This document shows, in pieces, positions 52,999 through 64,000 of a stretch of 64,000 nt of DNA. Every line of letters starts with the position of its first letter. Within the stretch, counting starts at the first letter, position 1. The notes below the pieces were generated by a model. It saw only the letters and a program-made list of their open reading frames with translations, had not been told where the DNA came from and ran no database searches. The position numbers and the translations under genes were made by a program. Source of the stretch: an uncultured Rivularia sp. (GTDB lineage: Bacteria > Cyanobacteriota > Cyanobacteriia > Cyanobacteriales > Nostocaceae); the NCBI GenBank assembly GCA_963665115.1, contig OY762007.1:2464001-2528000 (forward strand). The letters run 5' to 3'.

Positions 52999-53871
52999 TT
53001 AACCAGACTCTAAATTGTTATTGTTAATCTTATCAATACTAATTTTATTCAATCCGATAAAGTATTTTCGGTAATAAGCTGTTAAATAACCCATCAACTC
53101 CAATATTATTAAACGTGCTTCTTTTGCATAACTTTGAGACTTCCGAGGATTACGATCGGTTTTCTCTTTCAGAACGGCGGTATGAATTTCAATTGTATCT
53201 CTGGGTGTAGCCTGCATAAAGCCTAATTGTCTTGCCAAAGCATTAAGTTTTTCGGAGGTATTATGCTTAACTTTGTAAGCTTTCTCTTCTAAAGCTAAAT
53301 CCATAATTTCGCTGTAATTTTGTACTAGTTCTGCAAAAATATCCGGTTTGCTTTCTCGTAAAGATTCCAATCCTGATAGATTAGCGTTTGCAGAAGTGGA
53401 TGCTGCAAAAGCCTCAAGTTGCTCAAACTCTACCTTCTGTTGTTCATTTTGCTGCTGCTTTAAAATATTTACCTGCTGCTGTCGTTCGATTGCCGAACGA
53501 ATAGCATATACTAGTAAATTAGTATCAATTTCAGTTTTGTGTAAATATCCGATTGCACCTAATTCCAAAGCTTTAATAGCAGCGGCTTCATCCAAAATGG
53601 TATAAACAATAATTGGCAATTTAGGCGCAGCCTCTAACATTCCCGCCAAAGTTTTAATTCCGCGACTATCGCTAAGCATTAAGTCTAAGAAAATAACGTC
53701 GATATCGTTAAGTGATAACAGCCCCAATCCATTCTCTAAAGATTGAGCAACAATTACCTCAAAACCTTGTTTAAACGAAGAAGACTTAGCTTTAGATAGC
53801 AATCTGCGGAAATACTCTATCTCCTCGGGTTCATCCTCAATTAAAAGAACTTGGCAACGATGATTCAGCAT
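52999..53871 (-). CDS. kaiA3: Receiver domain fused to a KaiA-C-terminal-like domain (KaiA3-like)
   Basis: REC 'IEDE...FLDLML...T...K'. The C-terminus 'TIEIH...ARLIILELMGYLTAYYR' parallels KaiA 'VEIH...YRLTLIDVIAHLCEMYR'. Directly upstream of kaiB-kaiC. Confidence 0.7.
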   Translation of the reverse strand: MLNHRCQVLLIEDEPEEIEYFRRLLSKAKSSSFKQGFEVIVAQSLENGLGLLSLNDIDVIFLDLMLSDSRGIKTLAGMLEAAPKLPIIVYTILDEAAAIKALELGAIGYLHKTEIDTNLLVYAIRSAIERQQQVNILKQQQNEQQKVEFEQLEAFAASTSANANLSGLESLRESKPDIFAELVQNYSEIMDLALEEKAYKVKHNTSEKLNALARQLGFMQATPRDTIEIHTAVLKEKTDRNPRKSQSYAKEARLIILELMGYLTAYYRKYFIGLNKISIDKINNNNLESG

Positions 53872-54319
53872 AAGCTATTATTAGTTATCAGTAACTTGTT
53901 ACAGTAACTATTTATCAGTTATCAGTGACTAGTGTGCGGCTATGAGATCGTGGCGATTAATAAAAGTTATTGACCATTTGCTTCAATTTAAAAAGTTATA
54001 AATCGGACACATCTAATATCCTTATAAGTCTACAGGATGGCGTAATAACTATAAGAAAATTTCTTATTCTATACTGTCATTCATATATCACCTTCTATCA
54101 ACTTTAGATGTTTATGAAATCTATAAACACATCCAAAGTATGAGTTAGAGGGTGATTTATTGATTGCAATACTTACCTACAACCACCGAAAGGTATATTT
54201 CTTAAATAGAGAGTTAGTAATTAGAAGTTAGGAGTTAAAAGTTAGGAGTTAGGAGTTAGGAGTAAATGACTTTTACCATATTATTGTTGTAGAAATGTAC
54301 GGTTGAACATTTTCTACTA

Positions 54320-54905
54320 ATACTTCACCACATAAGTTATGAGGGTTAAAGGTAGTGCGAGCGTCTCGCTCGTTGTTACCAGGGAGCGAGACGCTCCCAC
54401 TCCTCGAACCCCGCAAAATTATCGTGGTTGGGTACTAGTACTCAACCACATTAATTTTGCGGGGTAATAAAAATGTAGTGGGAGCGTCTCGCTCCCTCGT
54501 GACAATCAGCGAGCTTTCCGGCTCGCACTCCCGGAACCCAGCAGAATTATTGTGGGCAAGTACTAGTAGTCGATTGCATAAATTATGAAGGGTTCGTTTT
54601 TCCCGTAACCTTCGGGAGACGTTATGTATAATGTCTCTACAACCCATCGGAACTAATGAAAAGGACTACTAGTAGTTGATTGCATAAATTCTGATGGGTA
54701 CGTTTTCGACCTAACGTCGGGAGACGTAGCACTGCTACGTCTCTACAACCCATTAAAACAAATGAAAAGGACTACTAGTACTCCACCACATAAGTTTTGC
54801 GGGGTAATCAAAATGTAGTGGGAGCGTCTCGCTCCCTCGTGACAATCAGTGAGCTTTCCGGCTCGCACTCCCGAAACCCCGCAGAATTATCGTGGTTAAC
54901 TACTA
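54320..54905. mobile_element. Cluster of three ~130-bp MITE/REPIN copies plus two copies of a second ~100-bp GTAG-hairpin element
   Basis: GTAGTGGGAGCGTCTCGCTCCC-type cores at ~54352, 54475 and 54815; GGAGACG...GTCTCTACAACCC units at ~54570-54670 and ~54675-54775; junctions are TACTAGTA. Confidence 0.75.
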
Positions 54906-54960
54906 GCAACTCGATACTCATTACTCATTACTCATTACTTATTACTCTTTACTCACTACT

Positions 54961-56167
54961 TCAAGGAACTCTCCCCCTCTCGCAATACGGTAAAGTGACA
55001 ATAAACTTAGCGCCTTCACCAAGTTTGCTTTTAGCCGAAATGTTCCCTCCATGACGTTCGATAATTCTGTCACAAATCGCTAAACCCAAACCCGTACCTT
55101 CGTATTCGTTAGAAACTGTGTAATCGTTGGCAAGGTTCAAATATTTGTTCGAGATATGCTTCATCGAAACCAATCCCGTTATCTTCTATAACTATTTCGC
55201 ATAAGCTACCTAATGCTTGATTTTGACTTCTCGGAGTTTGATAAATTTTGACGACTAATGTAATTTCTGGCTGACGATATTTCAATGAATTACCCAGAAG
55301 ATTTTGAAATAGTTGATAGATTTGACCGGAATCAGCCGAAATAACAGGTAATTTACCTACTTCCCAAACTACATCTGTCAAACCGTCAGCTTGTAAATCT
55401 GACATTACCCCTCGCACAAGTTTATTTAAGTCTACTTTTGTAAAAGGTTGTCCTTTTGTAGTTACAAGGGAAAAACTGAGTAAATCCTTAATCAAGCTTT
55501 GCATTCGATTTCTGACTTGACTGATGCGGTTAAGATAGCCAATGCCTTCTTCACCTAATACCTTTTGGTAATCTTCTTCGAGATATTCCGAAAGAATTTG
55601 AATTTTGTGCAGCGGTGACATTAAATCGTGAGACACGACGCTGGCAAAGTCTTCTAAATCGCGATTGCTACGCTCTAATTCTGTAAGTAAAGTTTTTAAT
55701 CTAGCTTCAGCTTGCTTGCGTGAGGTAATATCTTGGATTTGAGCAATAAAATATAGCGGTTGCTCTTGTTTATCCCTTACCAAAGAAACGCTGAGTAAAA
55801 TCCAAACAACATATCCGCTTGAGTGAAAATAACGTTTTTCCATTTGGTAAGTGCGAATTTCACCCGCAAGCATTCGACGCACGCAACCTAAATCTGCTTC
55901 TAAATCGGCGGGGTGGGTAATTTCTTGAAATGTTTTTTTGAGTAAATCTGTTTCAGAATAGCCAACAATTTCACACAAAGCACGGTTAACCTTTAACCAT
56001 CGCCCATCAGTAGCTACAAGCGCCATACCAATTGCTGCATCGTTGAAAGCTAAACGAAATAACTCTTCGCTATTGGGCAATTGTTCCTCAACTTGCTTTA
56101 ACTGGACGATTTCATTACTATTTGTAGAAACAGGTTTTATTTCTCTACCGTTAATATATTCCGACAC
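54961..56167 (-). CDS. PAS/PAC sensor histidine kinase; apparent +1 frameshift at 55113-55115
   Basis: PAS '[16 protein letters not shown]...ITHPAD'; '[18 protein letters not shown]'; 'NLLGNSLKY'; 'DNGIG'. The corrected tail reads '[16 protein letters not shown]'. Confidence 0.88.
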
Positions 56168-56717
56168 AACGGAAATTAGTTATTTAGTCTACATAATCTA
56201 TCTTGACACATCACAGTTTATGCCGATGAAATAAGAATTGTTATGTTGATAAGTTTTGCTCATTTTATCAAGATCGCATTTAGCAAAAAAAGATTTATTA
56301 TTCTTTTCAAAGAATTCGGATATTGGTCTTTTATTATACACTAGTACAGATTAATATCTGTTATATCGGTGAAAGCGATCGATATAAGTCTTTATGCAAA
56401 AACTATGAAGGCTTAGAAAGCGATTATTTTATTTAAAGAGGAATATAATATGCCAATTATCAATAGTAGAAGTAATCATTAAAAAATAACAAAAAATAAC
56501 GTATTAATTGAAGATTAGCTGATAATACCGGGAATATGTCAATATCCAATAGCCATAGATAAAGAAAGCAATTTAGCTAAAAAGCATTGCAGAATTAACT
56601 AAAGTAAGATATTTTGCCTAATATCTTGTAAATTATATTACAAGATACTAATTTATATTCCTATTAATAGACCCGACAATAGTAACTGTTTATCAAACTG
56701 TATACGGACGAAAATAC

Positions 56718-58400
56718 ATGGGACAAGGTTTGTTGCAGATAGGGTTAACCCTTGCTGTGGTGTTAATTATTACGCCAATAATTGGAAAATATATAGCCAA
56801 CGTATTTATGGGTGAATCTTCATTACTCGATCGAGTCATGAACCCATTAGAAAAAGTTATTTATAAGCTAGCAGACGTAAATCCTCAAGAAAATATGACG
56901 GGTAGGCAATATGCTTATTCTTTGCTACAAAGCAACTTATTTATGGGAATTTTAGTATTTTTACTAATTATTTTTCAAAAAGTTTTACCGTGGAACCCGA
57001 ATGGTTTTGGTGCGCCAAGGTGGGATTTAACACTGCATACGACAATTTCATTTTTAACAAATACGGGACAGCAGCATTACTTAGGAGAAAAAACCCTGAG
57101 CCACTTTAGCAGTATGGCGGGTTTAACCTTTTTGATGTTTGTCTCAGCTGGAACAGGTTTAGCAGTAGGTATTACTTTTCTTCGGGCTTTGACAGGCAAA
57201 CCTTTGGGAAATTATCACGCCGATTTAATTCGGGGGATAACCCGTATATTGCTGCCTATTTCTATTATTGGAGCCATCGTATTATTAGCTCAAGGAGTTC
57301 CGCAAACTCTTTTAGGATCTATAGCAGTAGAAACCTTGGAAGGCAGAACTCAGTATATTGCTAGAGGACCAGTAGCATCTTTTGAAATAATTAAACTGTT
57401 GGGTACAAATGGCGGCGGTTTTTTTGGTGCGAATTCGGCCCATCCCTTTGAAAATCCTAATAGTTTTACCAATTTAATCGAAATTATCGCGATGATGTCT
57501 ATTCCAACCGCGATGATTTTCGTTTACGGTATATTTTCTAACAATATTAAACAAGCTTGGCGGCTGTTTTGGCTGGTATCTATAATCTTTCTAGTTTTAC
57601 TTTGGATAACAGCAACTGGAGAATTTCAAGGTAATCCCCTAGTAAATTCCGACTTAGGACTCGAACAACCTAACTTAGAAGGAAAAGAAGTAAGATTTGG
57701 TTGGGCACAAACAGCGCTATGGGCAGTCATAACTACCGCAACTATGAACGGCGCAGTTAACGGAATGCACGATTCTTTAATGCCTACAGGAGGTTTTTCG
57801 ACCTTACTCAGTATGTTTTTACACGTAATTTGGGGTGGAATAGGAACCGGAATTGTTTATTTATTGATTTATCAATATTTAACCGCATTCTGGGCCGGAT
57901 TAATGATCGGTAGTACTCCAGAATTTTTTGGACGTAAAATTACAAAACGTTCAATAGTGTTAGCGAGCTTGGTAGTGCTAATTCATCCCATAGCGGTGTT
58001 GATACCCAGCGCGATCGCCTTAGCTTATCCCATATCTTTATCCGGAATCAGCAACCCCGGTTTTCACGGTATATCCCAAGTAGTTTACGAGTACATTTCA
58101 GCCAGCGCCAATAACGGCTCCGGCTTTGAAGGTTTGACAGACAATACCTTGTGGTGGAACTTAAGTACTGCTGCGAGTATGCTGCTAGGACGCTACGTTA
58201 GTATATGCGCCATCCTACTTTTAGCTGACACTATGGCACGTACAAAACCAGTACCGGCAATTCCTGCTACCCTAAAAACCGACACACTTTTATTTACCAG
58301 TTTGACAGCAATCCTAATTTTTACTTTAAGCTTTCTAATTTTCTTCCCCATTTTAATTAATGGCCCCTTAGCCGAAGCATTTAAGCTCGCAGCACGGTAA
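56718..58400 (+). CDS. kdpA: Potassium-transporting ATPase subunit A (divergent)
   Basis: 'SFLTNT.QQHY', '[20 protein letters not shown]', '[10 protein letters not shown]', 'GAVNGMHDS', 'ANNGSGF'. Confidence 0.92.
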   Translation: MGQGLLQIGLTLAVVLIITPIIGKYIANVFMGESSLLDRVMNPLEKVIYKLADVNPQENMTGRQYAYSLLQSNLFMGILVFLLIIFQKVLPWNPNGFGAPRWDLTLHTTISFLTNTGQQHYLGEKTLSHFSSMAGLTFLMFVSAGTGLAVGITFLRALTGKPLGNYHADLIRGITRILLPISIIGAIVLLAQGVPQTLLGSIAVETLEGRTQYIARGPVASFEIIKLLGTNGGGFFGANSAHPFENPNSFTNLIEIIAMMSIPTAMIFVYGIFSNNIKQAWRLFWLVSIIFLVLLWITATGEFQGNPLVNSDLGLEQPNLEGKEVRFGWAQTALWAVITTATMNGAVNGMHDSLMPTGGFSTLLSMFLHVIWGGIGTGIVYLLIYQYLTAFWAGLMIGSTPEFFGRKITKRSIVLASLVVLIHPIAVLIPSAIALAYPISLSGISNPGFHGISQVVYEYISASANNGSGFEGLTDNTLWWNLSTAASMLLGRYVSICAILLLADTMARTKPVPAIPATLKTDTLLFTSLTAILIFTLSFLIFFPILINGPLAEAFKLAAR

Positions 58401-58530
58401 ACAGTGAGCAGTTAGGAGTTAGGAGTAAGTAGCAAGTAGCAAGTAGTAAGTAGCAAGTAGTAAGGAATTAGGAGTTTTAAATTTCTCCTTGTCTCCCCCT
58501 CTCACCCTCTCCCCCTCTCCCCCTCTCCCC

Positions 58531-60639
58531 ATGCCTATGAACCCAGTAGCGACTACTTCTAAATCCAAGCTTGCCAATAGCGCTCCTAAAGAACCTCGTT
58601 CTTCGCGTAAAAAAGTAAAGGCAAGTAAAAAAGGTCTTTATCGTAGAGCGATAAGAGATGCTTTTGCCAAATTTAATCCCAAGCACATTATCAAAAATCC
58701 GGTATTGTTGGTGGTTTGGGTAAGTAGTTTTATTACTTTAGCGGCAACAATTTTCCCGGCTTTATTTGGCTCAAAAGCAATAGCAGATGCACGACTTTTT
58801 AACGGTGCAGTTACTGTAATTTTGTTTTTAACGGTGTGGCTGGCTAACTTTGCCGAAGCCTATGCTCAAAGTCGTGGAAAAGCACAAGCTGATGTATTGC
58901 GCTCGATTAAGTCCGATATAAATGCTAAAAAACTGCTTGCTGACGGTAACATTTCTGAAGTTCCCGCTACCAGTTTGCAGCGCGGCGATACTGTATATGT
59001 CGTAGCTGGTGATGTTATCCCCACCGATGGGGAAGTCATCATGGGTGCTGCGAGCGTAGATGAAGGAGCAATTACCGGAGAATCGGCACCCGTACTCAAA
59101 GAAGCGGGTTCTGATATAGCTAGTTATGTTACTGGTGGCAGCCGTATTATCTCGGATGAATTGATCGTCAGAATTACCGTCGATCCAGACAAAGGGTTTA
59201 TCAACCGGATGATTTACGTCATAGAGAGGAGAGAACGTAAGAAAACACCCAACGAAGCAACTCTGGCAATTTTATTAGTACTGATTAGCTTGATATTTTT
59301 ATCGGCGATCGCAACTTTTCCAGCACTAGCGTATTACGTTAAAGCTCCGATTAGCGTACCTATTTTAATTGCTGTTTTCGTGGCATTAATTCCTACAACA
59401 GTCGGCAGCTTACTAAGTGCTACCACTATTGGAGGCATGGACCGCGTTGCTCAATTAAACTTAATCGCTACTTCAGCTAGAGCCATAGAAGCCTGTGGAG
59501 ATGTCAGCACCTTAATCTTAGATAAAACAGGAACCGTAACCCGAGGCAACCGTTTAGCAGATGGTTTTATTCCTATTAACGGTCATACAATGCAAGAAAT
59601 TGCTTATGTAGGACTAGCGGCAAGTATCTTTGATGACACCTCAGAAGGAAAATCAATAGTCCGTCTGGCACAAAGATTGGGAGCAAGAATTGATTTCGAC
59701 TATCAAGCAGCCTTTCCTGTAAAATTCAGCGCCAAAAGCCGAATCGGTGGAACTAATTTACCTAATGGTTCGATGGTGCGTAAAGGTGCTGTAGATGCTG
59801 TAAAAAACTTTGTGCAATCGCAAGGTGGAGAATTTTCATCCGAACTCAATTCAGCTTACGAAATGGTATCCCAACAAGGAGGTACACCATTAGCCGTATC
59901 CATGAATAACGAAATTTACGGCATTATTTATTTAAAAGACAATATCAAACCGGGCATACGCGAACGCTTCGGACAGTTACGAAGGCTTGGCGTGCGAACC
60001 ATTATGATTACTGGCGACAATCATATAACTACTTCCGTAATTGCCAGAGAAGCCGGTGTCAAAGAATTTATCGCCGAAGCAACCCCCGAAGACAAAATCG
60101 CTGTAGTTCAACGAGAACAAGCAGAAGGTAAATTAGTAGCAATGACAGGGGATGGCACAAACGATGCAGCAGCATTAGCACAAGCCAATGTTGCCGTAGC
60201 CATGAATAATGGAACTCAAGCAGCAAAAGAAGCAGCCAATATCATCGATTTGGACTCAGATCCCACAAAACTAATCGACATTATCGGTATTGGTAAACAA
60301 GTGCTAATGACTCGTGGTGCTTTAATCACATTTTCAGTTGCAAACAACATAGCCAAATACTTTGCAATTGTTCCAGTAATATTTGCTTCGACATCAAATA
60401 AATTAAACATCATGAACTTGACAAGCACCAATTCCGCCGTGCTGTCAGTATTAATTTATAATGCCTTAATTATTCCAGCATTAATACCCTTAGCTCTCAG
60501 AGGTGTACCATTCACACCAATGACACCCAATCAACTTTTACAACGTAATATTTTGATTTATGGAATAGCCGGATTGATTATCCCATTTATCGCCATTAAA
60601 TTAATCGACCTGATAATTTCTCTGACAGTGCTGGCGTGA
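58531..60639 (+). CDS. kdpB: Potassium-transporting ATPase subunit B (divergent)
   Basis: 'ITGESAPV', 'KTPNE', 'LIPTT', 'DKTGT', 'MITGDN', 'MTGDGTND'. Start placed at ATG 58531 because the upstream TTG lies in repeat DNA. Confidence 0.92.
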   Translation: MPMNPVATTSKSKLANSAPKEPRSSRKKVKASKKGLYRRAIRDAFAKFNPKHIIKNPVLLVVWVSSFITLAATIFPALFGSKAIADARLFNGAVTVILFLTVWLANFAEAYAQSRGKAQADVLRSIKSDINAKKLLADGNISEVPATSLQRGDTVYVVAGDVIPTDGEVIMGAASVDEGAITGESAPVLKEAGSDIASYVTGGSRIISDELIVRITVDPDKGFINRMIYVIERRERKKTPNEATLAILLVLISLIFLSAIATFPALAYYVKAPISVPILIAVFVALIPTTVGSLLSATTIGGMDRVAQLNLIATSARAIEACGDVSTLILDKTGTVTRGNRLADGFIPINGHTMQEIAYVGLAASIFDDTSEGKSIVRLAQRLGARIDFDYQAAFPVKFSAKSRIGGTNLPNGSMVRKGAVDAVKNFVQSQGGEFSSELNSAYEMVSQQGGTPLAVSMNNEIYGIIYLKDNIKPGIRERFGQLRRLGVRTIMITGDNHITTSVIAREAGVKEFIAEATPEDKIAVVQREQAEGKLVAMTGDGTNDAAALAQANVAVAMNNGTQAAKEAANIIDLDSDPTKLIDIIGIGKQVLMTRGALITFSVANNIAKYFAIVPVIFASTSNKLNIMNLTSTNSAVLSVLIYNALIIPALIPLALRGVPFTPMTPNQLLQRNILIYGIAGLIIPFIAIKLIDLIISLTVLA

Positions 60640-60772
60640 GAGTTAACAGTAAAGAGAGAGGGGGATGGGGCGATGGGGAGAAATTTAAAACTCCTAACTA
60701 CTCATTACTCCCTACTCTTAACTCCCTACTTACTACTCCCAACTCCTTTAATCCAAAATCGAAAGTTCTATC

Positions 60773-61375
60773 ATGTTTCAACTTCGAGCAATTGCCACTT
60801 CAATTCGAGTTAGCTTGATATTGTGGTTGCTTACTGCCATTATCTATCCATTATTTATACTTTTAGTAGCTCAACTTCCCTTGTTTCAATATCAAGCTGA
60901 GGGTAGTGTAATTGTCGATCTATATAGTGAACCAATTGGTTCGGCTTTAATTGGTCAAACATTTACATCCGAAGAGTATTTTCATAGCCGACCAAGTAGC
61001 GTGTTATACAGTCAGGGGAAAAAAGCTCAACCTACTGGAATATCTGGCTCAAGCAACTTTGCTCCTAGCAACCCAAAATTACTTGAGCGAATTTCGGAAA
61101 CAGCGAATGTACTTCAAGACGAAAGTATAGATCCCCGTGCAGATTTAATTTATACTTCTGCTTCGGGATTAGACCCCCATATTACATATAAATCGGCCAT
61201 GCAGCAGTTAGATAGAGTTGCTAGCGCTCGCAATATACTACCAAATGAAATTTTCCCCGATATTGTCAAATATACCGAACGTAGATTTTTAAATATATTT
61301 GGTGAACCTGGAGTTAATGTCTTGAAATTAAATTACGCTCTCGATCTTCGAGAAATTAGCCGTAGAAGAAATTAA
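60773..61375 (+). CDS. kdpC: Potassium-transporting ATPase subunit C
   Basis: 'GSALIGQTF...YFHSRPS', 'SASGLDPHI', 'GEPGVNVLKLN'. Confidence 0.92.
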   Translation: MFQLRAIATSIRVSLILWLLTAIIYPLFILLVAQLPLFQYQAEGSVIVDLYSEPIGSALIGQTFTSEEYFHSRPSSVLYSQGKKAQPTGISGSSNFAPSNPKLLERISETANVLQDESIDPRADLIYTSASGLDPHITYKSAMQQLDRVASARNILPNEIFPDIVKYTERRFLNIFGEPGVNVLKLNYALDLREISRRRN

Positions 61376-61384
61376 TCTATTGGA

Positions 61385-61665
61385 GTAGTAGTCCACCACA
61401 TTGATTTTGCAGGGTGTTGGGAGTGCGAGCCGGAAAGCTCGCTAGCTTCTAACAGGGAGCGAGACGCTCCCACTGCATTTTTATTTCCCCGCAAAACTTA
61501 TGTGGCGCGATAGTAATACTCCACAACATTTATTTTGAGGGGTAACATCAATTTTATTGCTCTCGAATTAATTCTCTTTTCCCTCTTCCTCCGCGTACTC
61601 TGCGCTCTCTGCGGTTTTTTCATCCGTTCATAACCCCGCAAAACTTATGTGGTGAAGTAGTAGTA
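61385..61665. mobile_element. ~130-bp MITE/REPIN copy plus an adjacent relative with the same termini
   Basis: GGGAGTGCGAGCCGGAAAGCTCGC...GGGAGCGAGACGCTCCCACT...CCCCGCAAAACTTATGTGG; the second unit ends CCCCGCAAAACTTATGTGGTGAAGTAGTAG. Confidence 0.7.
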
Positions 61666-61823
61666 CTCTAGGTTAATTATAATGGGTTCGTAGTAAGGAC
61701 TAAAGTCCTAAATACGAGCGATAAATCGCTTACTACAAACCTTGATTAGCCTTCAAAATTAATGTGCAAAGTATTAGCATCGCAAGCGCAAAAATAAATC
61801 CAAAATCTAAAATCCAAAATCCC

Positions 61824-62969
61824 ATGACTCGCGTAATTGGTTTAATGAGCGGTACATCGGTAGATGGTATCGATGCGGCTTTAGTTGATATTTTCGGTAC
61901 GGGTTTAGCCATCAAAATCGAATTGATCGCAGGGGAAACATATCCCTATCCCACACAAATAAGAGAACGTATTCTAAAAATTTGTGCTGGTAAAGCTATC
62001 TCAATGGTAGAGTTGGCAGAATTAGATGATGCGATCGCCACTGCTTTCGCTTCTGCTGCAATCAATATTCAAGCAGATCGTCAACAAGCTACTTTAATCG
62101 GTTCTCACGGTCAAACAGTTTATCACCGACCGCTAACGGGATTTAGTGAAGGAAAACTTGGTTACAGTTTACAAATCGGTCGCGGAACCTTAATTAACCA
62201 TTTGACAGGTATTACCACCATAAATAACTTCCGTGCTGCTGATATTTCAGCAGGCGGGCAAGGTGCGCCTTTAGTACCTCGTATAGATGCAGCTTTACTC
62301 AGTGATGATTCGGAATCTCGCTGTATTCAAAATATTGGTGGAATTGGGAATGTTACTTATATTCCTGTCCGTGGCGGCGATTGGCTTTCAAAGATTCGCG
62401 GTTGGGATACCGGCCCCGGAAATAGTCTATTAGATTTAGCAGTCGAACATTTAACCGACAAAGCAAAAACCTACGACGAAGATGGAAAATGGTCCTCAAC
62501 AGGTAATCCTTGTTTCGATTTAGTAGAACAATGGCTCTCGCAAGAATATTTTCATTTGCCGCCACCGAAATCTACTGGTAGAGAATTATTTGGAGTTGAT
62601 TATTTACATCAATGTATAAAAGAGGCAGAAAGCTTTCAACTTAATCCAGCAGACTTTTTAGCAACTCTTACAGAATTAACAGCAGCCTCAATTGTCAATA
62701 GTTACCGTAACTTTTTACCACAAATGCCACAGCGAGTATTTTTGTGTGGTGGTGGCAGTCGCAACCTTTACTTAAAACATCGGTTACAACAGCTATTAGG
62801 AACCGTACCAGTTTCCACTACAGATGAAGTTGGTTTAAGCGCCGATTTCAAAGAAGCGATCGCATTTGCAGTTCTAGCCTATTGGAGACAAACAAATTCC
62901 CCCGGCAACCTACCCGCAGCAACCGGAGCTACAAAGGAAGTGCTTTTAGGAAACGTTTACTCAGTATGA
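61824..62969 (+). CDS. anmK: Anhydro-N-acetylmuramic acid kinase
   Basis: '[15 protein letters not shown]', 'GSHGQTVYH', 'GGQGAPLVP', 'NIGGIGN', 'DTGPGN', 'PKSTGRE', 'CGGG', 'KEAIAFA'. Confidence 0.95.
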   Translation: MTRVIGLMSGTSVDGIDAALVDIFGTGLAIKIELIAGETYPYPTQIRERILKICAGKAISMVELAELDDAIATAFASAAINIQADRQQATLIGSHGQTVYHRPLTGFSEGKLGYSLQIGRGTLINHLTGITTINNFRAADISAGGQGAPLVPRIDAALLSDDSESRCIQNIGGIGNVTYIPVRGGDWLSKIRGWDTGPGNSLLDLAVEHLTDKAKTYDEDGKWSSTGNPCFDLVEQWLSQEYFHLPPPKSTGRELFGVDYLHQCIKEAESFQLNPADFLATLTELTAASIVNSYRNFLPQMPQRVFLCGGGSRNLYLKHRLQQLLGTVPVSTTDEVGLSADFKEAIAFAVLAYWRQTNSPGNLPAATGATKEVLLGNVYSV

Positions 62970-63108
62970 GGAGAGGGGGAGACAAGGTGATGGGGTGATG
63001 GGGAGTGTGGAGACAATCAACTAACAACTAACTGGTCACTGCTCGCTGTCCGTGGGCTATACTTAACTAGCTTCGCGATACTGCAACAATACAGGGAATT
63101 ATCCACAG

Positions 63109-63555
63109 GTGGCTCATAGTTTTTTACTCGAACCAGGACGCTGGACATTACAAGGAAATTGGTTGGAACGTAATGGTTTGCCAATCGGCGTAAAAGGCAT
63201 GACCTTGGTTGCGTGGAATCGAGATAACTGGTTCACGATGGTAACAAAACTTATTTTTCCTTCATCCCAACATCCTGAAATTGCGTTGCAGTATAAAGGA
63301 CGTTTGGATGATGGCGAACGGCAGTATACTTTTTTACTACAGCATAATTTATTAGGGCAAGTAGAGGGAGAAGGCTGGATTGGTCCGGAGACAATCGTCC
63401 AGCGTTACTGGGTATTGGGCGATCGCCAGCGTCGCAGTGGATTTGAAACCTTACATCGCGTGTCAGACAATACTTATCATCTGACAAGTGGAATCATGGA
63501 AGGTCATTTTCTAATCAGCACAATGGAAGCGAATGTAGAACGACAAGTCAGTTAA
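63109..63555 (+). CDS. Conserved hypothetical protein (beta-barrel-like)
   Basis: 148-aa ORF with GTG start and beta-rich pattern; no function recognised. Confidence 0.6.
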   Translation: MAHSFLLEPGRWTLQGNWLERNGLPIGVKGMTLVAWNRDNWFTMVTKLIFPSSQHPEIALQYKGRLDDGERQYTFLLQHNLLGQVEGEGWIGPETIVQRYWVLGDRQRRSGFETLHRVSDNTYHLTSGIMEGHFLISTMEANVERQVS

Positions 63556-64000
63556 CAGTGAACAGTGAGCAGTGTTTAATCAATAACTCCTAATTCTTAA
63601 CTTGTAATTCAACATCCAAAATTCAAAATAAAAATATCTGTTGTTAAAGTCTAAAACTATTTAACTCCTAACTTGTAATCCAAAATGTAAAATCCGTCTT
63701 GAAAAGTTTGAAGGGACGAAAACCGACCCCATTAACTTTCCGCAAAATCCAAAATTATTTAACTCCTAACTCTTAAACATATTTTTTTTCACGGAAAGTT
63801 AAGTTTTTGATTAAAATTTGGGCATTATAAATTTGAGATAAAGTTAATAATTGCACAAAAAACCAGGTTTATTTACCATTTTTTTTTGTTATCAGTCAAT
63901 TTTTAGTTTTTTAAATCCTTTAGGACTTAGGCAAAACCTGACCTTTTTTATGGAAGTTGGGGGGTTATCAATTTCTGGAAGACTATTTTTTCCGTTGTCG

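Noticed and set aside
60636..60818. Small ORF between kdpB and kdpC as kdpF/kdpG
   Set aside because: It consists of STRR-type repeats and lacks a hydrophobic TM helix.

Overview
AT-rich chromosomal window from a cyanobacterium. Evidence: recurrent HIP1 octamers GCGATCGC, por, petJ, a group-2 sigma factor, and kai genes. Heptamer STRR tracts suggest a filamentous, Nostocales-type strain (inference). About 50 CDSs mix housekeeping genes (mnmG, priA, DAHP synthase, speE, comB, anmK, por, petJ, kdpABC) with accessory loci. No rRNA, tRNA, CRISPR array or transposase was recognised. The two most interesting loci are as follows. (1) 24.0-28.3 kb: a co-oriented cluster encoding a PspA-like protein, a divergent Lgt-like protein, an ABC-permease-like protein missing its coupling loop, a radical SAM enzyme with the cysteine architecture of the archaeal tetraether synthase (Tes/GDGT-MAS) family, and two paralogous small membrane proteins ending in a lipobox-like Cys. 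This is a candidate undescribed lipidation or lipid-crosslinking system. (2) 48.9-56.2 kb: a contiguous kaiA3-kaiB3-kaiC3-like cluster bracketed by two histidine kinases. Also notable are a divergent kdpABC whose KdpB has Asn at the conserved coupling Asp, a duplicated TetR-type operator, and several families of GTAG-REP/MITE-like repeats. At least 11 genes are split at short homopolymer runs, almost certainly assembly indel errors rather than pseudogenes. All protein identifications come from motif recognition, not database searches.
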